A stretch of 32,000 bases of DNA. Source: Chlamydiota bacterium. Its GTDB lineage: Bacteria > Auribacterota > JACPWU01. Under the pieces are notes generated by a model, which was not told the origin of the DNA, searched no databases, and saw only the letters and a program-made list of their open reading frames with translations. Numbering within the stretch: position 1 is the stretch's first letter; each line of letters opens with the position of its first letter. The stretch is taken from positions 1 to 32,000 of the forward strand of contig JACPWU010000053.1 of NCBI GenBank assembly GCA_016196885.1, written 5' to 3'. Shown piece after piece: positions 15,489 to 22,395 of this stretch. A program made the translations under genes and the position numbers.

Positions 15489-17385
15489 TATCGATAACTT
15501 CATACACAGCCACAGACCGCTCCATCCCCTTCACCTTGGTCTCCCCCAAAAATCGGGTCTCCCAATGATTTTCCACCCGTGCGTTCGTGGCCTGACTGAT
15601 GACGATCGGAACATCAAAAGACCTTGTGAGCCCTTCCAGTCGAGCCGCCAAATTTACCTCATCTCCCAAAACTGTATAATTCATGACATGAGAAGAGCCC
15701 ACATTTCCAACCACCATCCAACCCGTGTTGACTCCCACTCCGATAGAAAATGGCTCGTGACCGCGTGCCTTCCAATTTTGCTGAAGCTCCTTTAATTTCT
15801 TTTGCATTTGATAAGCCGCATTGACTGCGCACACCGCATGATTCTGAAACAGGGGAAGGGGCGCCCCAAAAATAGCCATGAGACCATCTCCCAAATACTT
15901 GTCCAAGGTTCCGCCACACTCCAAAATAATCTGGGTCATGGCGTCAAAATATTCGTTCAAAATCGAGATCACCTCTTCTGGCGTTTTTCGTTCACAATAA
16001 GAAGAAAAATTTTGAATGTCCGAAAAAAGAACGGTCAATTCCTCGCGTTTTCCTCCTAACGCCAGCCCTTGAGGATCTTTTAAGACTCTCTCCATCACCG
16101 CCCGTGAAACATAATGCTGAAAAGCTTTTTTAACATATCTTTTTTCTTTCTCTTCCGTCCAAAAACGATGGGTCGTTGAAATGAGATACGATCCCAAAAT
16201 GGCCAATGAAGAAATCACCCATGGCAATTGAACATTCCACCTGCCGAACAACACAAAATCGCTCACCGTAAAAACCATCAGGATCGCCAGAGACCCTAAA
16301 GCAGCCCAAAGAGGTTCAGCCCCACAACTCACAAGACTCGTCACAAGACAAAGGCCAAAGAGCATCAACCCATAAGCCCAAAGCGGAACAATTTTAATAA
16401 AATCCCTTTGCAAAATATTTTGGAGGGCATTGAAATGAACCATCACCAAAGGCGTATTGGGAGAAAGGGGAGTGGGCCCCACATCGGCCACGCCTGTCGC
16501 AGTGAACCCCACGACCACAATAGCATGGGGAAAGACCTTTTTTCTTTTTAAGACCTGATCAAAACGATAAGAGCGAATCTCATCCAAACCCGATCTAAAA
16601 TTTACCAGATAATCCCCTTCGCGATCGATCGGAATGAGAAGCGGGCCCTCTTTCAGCTTTAATTTCAAGAAGGGTCCTGGAAGAAGCTCCACATCCTGCC
16701 CCGAAAGATTGTAATATTGCATGATGAGCTTCAAGGTAAAACTCGGGAGAATCTGATCGCCATATTTGACCAGAAGGGGAATACGTCGAATAGAACCATC
16801 TACATCGCGGGGAACATTGATAAATCCCAAGGCACCATTCTGAGCAAGCTCTGGATATGGCATTTCTAATTCTTGAGCTGCTCGCAAGGAAAGATTTTCA
16901 GATGAAATGCGGGTTAATCCTGAAAGCTCATTTTTCTGGACAATCTTAATTTGCCAATCCTCCAAAGGTTTTCCCCAAGTCTTCTCCATTCTAAAATAAG
17001 ACGCATAGGTCAAGGTATCAAAGAGGCGGCTCATTTGCGCAAAATCATGATCGTCAGAAGGATGAGCCGTATCCGCCCCCTCAAAAAGGATGTCAAAACC
17101 TAAGGCAAGCGGAGGATTTTGAGAAAGGACTTGAAGAAGCGCTGCATGATAAGACCGTGACCAAGGCCACCGGCCCAGAACCTTAATCGCCCCATCATCA
17201 ATCCCCACCAACATGAGTCTTGAATCAGCTCGGTCTAAACCTCGAAAGAAAAATTTGACATCCAGCCCCTTGAGTTCCATCAACCGAATGAAACGGCCTT
17301 GGGAAAGAAAAGAAAAGACGGTGAATGAGAGAACAGCAATCGCAAAACCTCTCTTCATCCACTTCCTTGAAAAAATGTTTGGCAT
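15469..17385 (-). CDS. CHASE2-domain membrane sensor fused to a class III adenylate/guanylate cyclase
   Basis: The order is N-terminal TM, a large extracytoplasmic region, 3-4 TM helices, then the cyclase domain. Cyclase motifs: LTVLFSDIQNFSSY, LDKYLGDGLMAIFGAP, GVNTGWMVVGNVGS, YTVLGDEVNLAARLE. Start taken at ATG 17385; ATG 17358, preceded by AAGGAAG, is an alternative. The track start at 17445 is TTG. Confidence 0.88.
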   Translation of the reverse strand: MPNIFSRKWMKRGFAIAVLSFTVFSFLSQGRFIRLMELKGLDVKFFFRGLDRADSRLMLVGIDDGAIKVLGRWPWSRSYHAALLQVLSQNPPLALGFDILFEGADTAHPSDDHDFAQMSRLFDTLTYASYFRMEKTWGKPLEDWQIKIVQKNELSGLTRISSENLSLRAAQELEMPYPELAQNGALGFINVPRDVDGSIRRIPLLVKYGDQILPSFTLKLIMQYYNLSGQDVELLPGPFLKLKLKEGPLLIPIDREGDYLVNFRSGLDEIRSYRFDQVLKRKKVFPHAIVVVGFTATGVADVGPTPLSPNTPLVMVHFNALQNILQRDFIKIVPLWAYGLMLFGLCLVTSLVSCGAEPLWAALGSLAILMVFTVSDFVLFGRWNVQLPWVISSLAILGSYLISTTHRFWTEEKEKRYVKKAFQHYVSRAVMERVLKDPQGLALGGKREELTVLFSDIQNFSSYCERKTPEEVISILNEYFDAMTQIILECGGTLDKYLGDGLMAIFGAPLPLFQNHAVCAVNAAYQMQKKLKELQQNWKARGHEPFSIGVGVNTGWMVVGNVGSSHVMNYTVLGDEVNLAARLEGLTRSFDVPIVISQATNARVENHWETRFLGETKVKGMERSVAVYEVIDKKGSKV

Positions 17386-17450
17386 TGCCAAAGTGATCTC
17401 CAAATGGTTACAATAGGCGTGTTCGTAAAGTCTGCAATACCCCAAGAAAT

Positions 17451-17478
17451 AAGCACGAAATTCGAAGCACGAAGGTTG
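17451..17478. repeat. one-armed 7-nt tandem array in the divergent promoter region
   Basis: AAGCACG AAATTCG AAGCACG AAGGTTG. A related ACGAAGCA lies at 17496-17503. Confidence 0.6.
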
Positions 17479-17527
17479 TACTCATAAGCAACCATACGAA
17501 GCATGTCTTTTTAGAAAGAGTTTTGCA

Positions 17528-18850
17528 ATGAAAAAAATAATCCTCGCTTCTCTCTTTTTACTCATGGTTCTTTCACTTCTTCAAGCTTCTCCCATCCCCC
17601 AACCCTTGATCCAATCCTTACAAGGAGAAGTCCAAATTCTTAAAACCCAGGGGAGCGAACCGGCCAAAACAGGAATGGCCCTTTCAACATCGGATATTCT
17701 TTCCACGGGACCTCATTCCTTTTGCGTGATCAAAATGGACGAAGAGAATTCCCTTCGTGTGAAGCAAAACTCCAAAATTAAAATCAAAAAAATATGGGAA
17801 GAGGTTCAAAAATCAGACGGCCGTGTGGTTCAGGAATACCGAGTGAATGTGACCCAGGGCGAGCTCACTGCCCAATTAGGAAAACTCCCCAAAGACAGCG
17901 AATTCAAAGTCTCAAGCCCTGTCGCCGTCGCAGGAGCAAAAGGAACGGTTTACACAACAAGAGTAGAAGGAGAAAGCGGGAAGACACGGGTAAGCGTTCT
18001 AGACCATGAAGTCTTAGTCGAAAGTTTGGACAGTCCTAACAAAACAGTCACTGTGCAAAAATTTAGATGGGTGGACACGGCCCCCTGGGACGAAACAACA
18101 CTCAACGCAACAGGACGCGCTCTCCTCTCCGAGGCCATTTTAGGAAAAAATTTTGCGAAACAGGCGGAACAAAATGCACAAATTCAAGCTATCGGAACAG
18201 GCCCTTCCCCAGAGGAAGCCAAATTTAAGGCTACCTACAACCTATCCAGAATCGCCCTTCAACTCCATGTAGAACCAGAAAAAACCGTCGGCGCCTATAT
18301 TTCTCAAAGCACGGAACAAACTCAAAAATTTTATCAGGCGATTGCAAAAGCACAAGTCACCGAGCCCACTCAAAAAGAAGACGGGTCCTTAGAGGCCAAG
18401 GCCCAAATCAATGTTAAAGATTTGGCAGAAGCTTTGAAACATCCCCTTTCAGGGATCACACAAAGCATCATTCCCGTCACCCTTTCCGAATACTCATCAA
18501 AATTTGGAGCGCTGGCCCGCGTGACCACACAGCGAGCGGCCCAAGTAGAAGGATATCGAAACCTCGCCGAAATCATTTATGGCGTTGTGATCGACTCAAA
18601 CACCACCGTGCAAGACTTGGCCGTAAAAAATGACACGGTTCGCACAGTTGTTCAAGGCGTGGTCAAGGGAGCCAAGGTCGTGAACACTCAATACTTCTCT
18701 GACGGCTCCGTCATTGTCTCTCTGGAAATTCAGGGAGGACTCATTCCTCAACAGTTAGGGACAACCACAGGCAATGTATTTGGACAAAATTATCTCTCGA
18801 GTCCCAGAATCGTCCAATACGATGAAATCGTAGATTATTTGAACCTTTGA
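17528..18850 (+). CDS. secreted FecR-domain protein with a C-terminal LPP20-like module
   Basis: Signal peptide MKKIILASLFLLMVLSLLQA. FecR-like segment GEVQILKTQGSEPAKTGMALSTSDILSTGPHSFCVIKMDEENSLRVKQNSKIKI. The C-terminal segment is RAAQVEGYRNLAEIIYGVVIDSNTTVQDLAVKNDTVRTVVQGVVKGAKVVNTQYFSDGSVIVSLEI. It matches the module repeated in 22396-24289. Confidence 0.75.
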   Translation: MKKIILASLFLLMVLSLLQASPIPQPLIQSLQGEVQILKTQGSEPAKTGMALSTSDILSTGPHSFCVIKMDEENSLRVKQNSKIKIKKIWEEVQKSDGRVVQEYRVNVTQGELTAQLGKLPKDSEFKVSSPVAVAGAKGTVYTTRVEGESGKTRVSVLDHEVLVESLDSPNKTVTVQKFRWVDTAPWDETTLNATGRALLSEAILGKNFAKQAEQNAQIQAIGTGPSPEEAKFKATYNLSRIALQLHVEPEKTVGAYISQSTEQTQKFYQAIAKAQVTEPTQKEDGSLEAKAQINVKDLAEALKHPLSGITQSIIPVTLSEYSSKFGALARVTTQRAAQVEGYRNLAEIIYGVVIDSNTTVQDLAVKNDTVRTVVQGVVKGAKVVNTQYFSDGSVIVSLEIQGGLIPQQLGTTTGNVFGQNYLSSPRIVQYDEIVDYLNL

Positions 18851-18863
18851 ACTTTAGTGAACC
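18838..18863. repeat. TTGAACC-type tandem array between the FecR-like and DUF3307-like genes
   Basis: TTTGAACC TTTGAAC TTTAGTGAACC spans the TGA stop (18848-18850) and abuts the ATG at 18864. Confidence 0.6.
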
Positions 18864-19601
18864 ATGTTCCTTTTTCTTAGACTGCTTCTGGCTCATTTCA
18901 TTGGAGATTTTCCCTTACAAATCGGCGTGGTTTATTCAGCCAAAGTAAAAAGTGTTCAAGGGAAAATACTTCACGCAGGCCTCGTCACCCTTTCCATGAT
19001 TGTCTTTACCTGGCCTTACTGGAAAAATTGGATTTACTGGGGTCTAATCCTTTTCTTAGGAACGCTTCATTTCTTTCAAGACTGGGGGAAACTCGCCATT
19101 GCTCAGAGGATCAAAAATTCTAATAACTTTTTTCTCTACATGGCCGATCAAGTTCTTCATGTGGCCAGTTTCTTCATGATCTGGCTAACGCCCTTACCTC
19201 AAATCCCGATGAGGGCGAGTCATTCTTTTTTCATCTCTGGACTCTACTTCAACGATAAAGTAACGATCTTTCTGATTGCTGTTTTGGCCGTGAGTTTTGC
19301 AGGGACTTTTACCCTGGCCACCTTCAAGGCCACTTTCCTGTCAGAACGGTTCTACACCCCCTATCTCGACCCCCTGGAGAAAAACTATGGAATTTTAGAA
19401 AGAGGCGTCATGCTCGAATTTTTGATTTTATCCCCGAAGCTCATCTGGCTTTTTCCCCTCTTCCTCCTCTCAAAATTCTTCTATGCCAACCACCAGATCA
19501 AAAAAATCGAAGGAAACCCCTTCACACCTTTTCTCTTGGACACCGTTCTGGGAATGATTTTAACGACCCTCATTTACAAAATATACACCCTCTTCTCCTG
19601 A
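18864..19601 (+). CDS. DUF3307-like polytopic membrane protein
   Basis: 245 aa with several TM helices. The N-terminal LLLAHFIGDFPLQ and a later HF.QDW motif fit my recollection of the DUF3307 signature. Confidence 0.6.
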   Translation: MFLFLRLLLAHFIGDFPLQIGVVYSAKVKSVQGKILHAGLVTLSMIVFTWPYWKNWIYWGLILFLGTLHFFQDWGKLAIAQRIKNSNNFFLYMADQVLHVASFFMIWLTPLPQIPMRASHSFFISGLYFNDKVTIFLIAVLAVSFAGTFTLATFKATFLSERFYTPYLDPLEKNYGILERGVMLEFLILSPKLIWLFPLFLLSKFFYANHQIKKIEGNPFTPFLLDTVLGMILTTLIYKIYTLFS

Positions 19602-19610
19602 TCAGGAGGC

Positions 19611-19674
19611 TTGACCAAAATGCACCCAATTGCATTTTGGTCTTGACTAAAATGCAATGGGGTGCATTTTGGTC
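19611..19674. repeat. two tandem 32-nt hairpin units, mutually inverted
   Basis: Unit 1: ttGACCAAAATGCAcccaatTGCATTTTGGTC, a perfect 12-bp stem. Unit 2: ttGACTAAAATGCAatggggTGCATTTTGGTC. The reverse complement of 19611-19642 (unit 1) matches 19645-19676 at all but 3 of 32 positions. Confidence 0.9.
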
Positions 19675-19756
19675 ACTATGGATAGAATCCAAAAAAAGCT
19701 TAAAACACTACATCACTTCGGCTCTGAGTGATCCTCAAAAAGAAAGATCTTTCGTC

Positions 19757-19784
19757 CCCAGCCCTTTGTTAACAAAGGGCTGGG
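19757..19784. terminator. perfect 28-nt palindrome between convergent genes; candidate bidirectional terminator
   Basis: CCCAGCCCTTTG-TTAA-CAAAGGGCTGGG (12-bp GC-rich stem). On the minus strand a TTTCTTTTT run follows about 10 nt downstream. It lies 35 nt after the CsgG-like stop. Confidence 0.55.
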
Positions 19785-19818
19785 TCCTCGAGATGACACA
19801 CAAACTAGTGCGTTTGTA

Positions 19819-20769
19819 TCAACCCTCAAACTTCAAAACATCGCCGCGTTGAAAACCACCCCCCCCTACTGTGGTTGCAATTGAAAATTTATCCTGAACT
19901 TGAGAAACTTGAATCAGGCCAATTTTGGTGAGTTCAGAACCCAAATCCATTCCGGTGTCAGGATCCACCAAGGTTTCACCTGGACGATAGACTGTAAGCG
20001 TATCCCCCATCTGAATACCCGCCGAAGCTCCGGCATTGACAAACACTTTACCCTCCGGCTTCACATCCACAATGCGACCCAACCAAGGAACACTTTGCAT
20101 ACGACCCACAATAAAAAAAACAGACTTATCAATCGCCTGCTGACAAGCCTGGCCCAAAGGCGTCTTATCAAAACCCGCTCCACCAAAGGCAAAGTCGCTG
20201 TCCGTGTACGAAAAGGAAAGACCTCCCGCTTCAGCAATTCCTTCACAATGTTGAGAGTCCAAAACCTGACCGGTGGTTGTATCATAGATACGAATATTGA
20301 CACCCACCTTGGCCCGCGATTGATTGGCCCCAATGCGAAAACCATGAACAGCAAATCCACCGCCCTCGCCCCCGCCAGAGGCTTCAAATTCAGTCACAGC
20401 GCCACTGATCATGATTTGACTCTTAAGAATTTTTCCAATCTTGGCCGCCTCTCCACCCGCCGTGCGACCACTGACTCCAAAATCTTGTTCAGCAATCACC
20501 TTTTCAATTTCGGGACGCTCCACCACAATAAAACGCCCGCTTCGAATGAGTGCAGTGGTCAACATCTCGGCCATGCCATTGCCCAAATCCCATTTGGCCC
20601 ACTGACCTGCCTTATTTTCAAAAGTCCCGACCGCAATGGTTTTCTTAGGGCCACTGGGAGCCGGCAAGGCCGCCACAGGAGCCGCCTTCACGGGATACGC
20701 AAAGGCCCCGCCCACTGAACACAAAAGTGAAGCAATCGCTAAAACACTCAAAACCTTCATCTTTTTCAT
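19819..20769 (-). CDS. CsgG-family outer-membrane lipoprotein with an extra C-terminal beta-rich domain
   Basis: IAVGTFENKAGQWAKWDLGNGMAEMLTTALIRSGRFIVVERPEIEKVIAEQDF is the CsgG-family core. Start taken at the ATG at 20769 (MKKMKVLSVLAIASLLCS, AGGAG upstream). The track extension to 20874 runs through the REP-like repeat. The C-terminal ~90 aa (GRIVDVKPEGKVFVNAGASAGIQMGDTLTVYRPG...GDVLKFEG) resemble FlgT_C/LpoB-type beta domains. Confidence 0.8.
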   Translation of the reverse strand: MKKMKVLSVLAIASLLCSVGGAFAYPVKAAPVAALPAPSGPKKTIAVGTFENKAGQWAKWDLGNGMAEMLTTALIRSGRFIVVERPEIEKVIAEQDFGVSGRTAGGEAAKIGKILKSQIMISGAVTEFEASGGGEGGGFAVHGFRIGANQSRAKVGVNIRIYDTTTGQVLDSQHCEGIAEAGGLSFSYTDSDFAFGGAGFDKTPLGQACQQAIDKSVFFIVGRMQSVPWLGRIVDVKPEGKVFVNAGASAGIQMGDTLTVYRPGETLVDPDTGMDLGSELTKIGLIQVSQVQDKFSIATTVGGGGFQRGDVLKFEG

Positions 20770-20804
20770 GACCTTTAGATTTCTCCTTTCACAAATTAAT
20801 TTCG

Positions 20805-20906
20805 ATGATCTTTCGAGATCATCGTATGCAATGAAAGTTCTCCCCATCATGTTTTTTGTAGTCGCCCGATTCATCGGGCAGCCCCATAAATGGGGCGACT
20901 ACAAAA
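20805..20906 (+). repeat. dispersed ~100-bp repeat, copy B (REP-like GTAG...CTAC palindrome)
   Basis: See copy A at 9302-9405. Same orientation. Lies in the spacer between the FlgT-like and CsgG-like genes. Confidence 0.9.
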
Positions 20907-20920
20907 AGAACCTATTCTGG

Positions 20921-22063
20921 CTAAAGAGGTGCTTGTCTTTCCCCAACCCACTTCACATCAATACGGTTTTGAGATTTTGCCGTGACCGCCAAGGCAATGC
21001 CGGGAAGATTCTCTAAGTGAACATCAAAATCTTTCCAGATCGCCCCATCCACAGTCAAATCTAAAATCAAAATATTATTCACAAAACTTCTTTCATTCAC
21101 ACTCTGAATTCCTCGAATTTCTTCCAAGGTCTTGACAAGCATTTGCTTCGCAGTCGCATTCACACCACTGGCTACCACTTGAATGTTCACCACGTTATAG
21201 GCCTCGCTACGCATTTTCTCAACCATTTCACTCATCAATTTATCTGCCAATTGCCCAGCCCCGAACCGAAGGGCATCCTTAGCAGTTGGAATGCGACCGC
21301 CGCCCCTGGCTTCTCCTTCAACATCATCAGACACCATCACTTCAGCTGTATCTGTTTTAATCACCCGAGCTGAAATCTGGGAGCGGTAAGCAAAAACAGA
21401 AACGCCGTAGGGTCTAGAATGATCAATCAAATCTGCCGTGGCCTGCCCCACCACCACCATCTCTGCTCCAGATTGACGTCCCAGGGCAGCTGCTTTTTGA
21501 GGGTCGGCATAACTCAAGGCCGCATCTCTTTCCTTAATCATCTGTATCTGATTTTTGTCCACCAGAGGAAAATCCTTGGCAAGAAAAGCCCTCTCCATTT
21601 CAGTTTGAGTCACGGCACCTGCCTGCTCCAATCCATCAATCAATTCAGCAAAAATGAACATCACCCTTGGATTTTCCCGACGCTTCATCGTAATCTTAAG
21701 CGCCTTCAAATTCTTTTCCAAAAGGCCCAAGGCAACCACCGCCCGAACACGAATCACATAAAGCCCATCTTGACCTTGATTATCATTAATCACTTCATAG
21801 CTTGTGACATAACCCTTCACCTGAGAATAGACTTGATCGTCCAAAAGCTGAAAATTGCTGACCATGGTTTCAGAATCAATAATCGAACCCACGCCCTGCT
21901 CAATGGCATTCCTGAGCGCCCGATTCAAAGCCTCATCATGGGCCTGCAAACTATTTCCTACAGATTTCCCCTCAGCTTCAATCGCTGTCTCAGCAACTTG
22001 AGCAGAAAGTTGAAAACCTGAAAGCATCCCTAATAATGTAAAAAACATGATCCATCTTTTCAT
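20921..22063 (-). CDS. periplasmic FlgT_N/LPP20-like domain protein (380 aa)
   Basis: Signal peptide MKRWIMFFTLLGMLSGFQLSA. The N-terminal module is AHDEALNRALRNAIEQGVGSIIDSETMVSNFQLLDDQVYSQVKGYVTSYEVINDNQGQDGLYVIRVRAVV. It resembles the FlgT N-terminal domain. The remainder is alpha/beta with no motif I can name. Confidence 0.6.
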   Translation of the reverse strand: MKRWIMFFTLLGMLSGFQLSAQVAETAIEAEGKSVGNSLQAHDEALNRALRNAIEQGVGSIIDSETMVSNFQLLDDQVYSQVKGYVTSYEVINDNQGQDGLYVIRVRAVVALGLLEKNLKALKITMKRRENPRVMFIFAELIDGLEQAGAVTQTEMERAFLAKDFPLVDKNQIQMIKERDAALSYADPQKAAALGRQSGAEMVVVGQATADLIDHSRPYGVSVFAYRSQISARVIKTDTAEVMVSDDVEGEARGGGRIPTAKDALRFGAGQLADKLMSEMVEKMRSEAYNVVNIQVVASGVNATAKQMLVKTLEEIRGIQSVNERSFVNNILILDLTVDGAIWKDFDVHLENLPGIALAVTAKSQNRIDVKWVGERQAPL

Positions 22064-22086
22064 CTAAGTTTTTCCTTTCTTAACCT

Positions 22087-22165
22087 GTCGTGAGTCGTCG
22101 GTCGTGAGTCGTGAGTAAAAACAAATACTTTTTAAACTCACGACTCACCCCTCACGACTCAAGAC
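22087..22165. repeat. unit-periodic intergenic hairpin HPH10 (7-nt units GTCGTGA), paralogue of HPH3
   Basis: Left: GTCGTGA GTCGTCG GTCGTGA GTCGTGA GT. Reverse complement of right: GTCTTGA GTCGTGA GGGGTGA GTCGTGA GT. Loop: aaaaacaaatactttttaa. Confidence 0.9.
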
Positions 22166-22302
22166 TACTCGACCACTTCCGTCTGTTCTACCACCGTTTC
22201 ATTCATAACATCTGTATGATGCTCATGAGGTGCTTCACAACCCCAAAGATTCGTAAGAATGACAGCCACATAAGCAACACCCATCCATTTGAAAAGCTTC
22301 AT
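22165..22302 (-). CDS. 45-aa putative lipoprotein with a His cluster
   Basis: Not in the ORF track (too short). ATG 22302-22300 preceded by AAGGAGAAGAGACC; TAG 22167-22165. Sequence: MKLFKWMGVAYVAVILTNLWGCEAPHEHHTDVMNETVVEQTEVVE. It has a signal peptide plus a lipobox-like LWGC. HPH10 and HPH11 flank it. Confidence 0.45.
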   Translation of the reverse strand: MKLFKWMGVAYVAVILTNLWGCEAPHEHHTDVMNETVVEQTEVVE

Positions 22303-22323
22303 GGTCTCTTCTCCTTGTTTTAA

Positions 22324-22387
22324 CAGTCGTCAGTCGTGAATGTTAAAGGTATTGTTTATTTTTTTACTCATCCTCACCCCTCACCAC
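22324..22387. repeat. degenerate unit-periodic element HPH11 with inverted loop
   Basis: Left: cagtcgtcagtcgtgaatg. Right: actcatcctcacccctcaccac. The arms are no longer complementary. The reverse complement of the central segment is aaaaaaataaacaatacctttaa, which closely matches the HPH3 loop. Confidence 0.65.
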
Positions 22388-22395
22388 AGCTTTTA

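Noticed and set aside
17505-17527. TTTTGCA just upstream of the FecR-like ATG as a sigma-54 -12 element.
   Set aside because: There is no GG at the required -24 position (the sequence there is TTAGAAAGAG), and the element would abut the start codon.
19595-19608. 14-bp palindrome CTCCTGATCAGGAG overlapping the stop of the DUF3307-like gene.
   Set aside because: It is short, centred on GATC and has no loop. It is probably incidental, and I have no second copy or context to suggest function.
19611-19674. Possible CRISPR array. The same question was asked of the heptamer arrays.
   Set aside because: There are only two abutting units with no spacers. The heptamer arrays have 7-nt periods and complementary partners. 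No cas genes are present. None of this fits CRISPR architecture.
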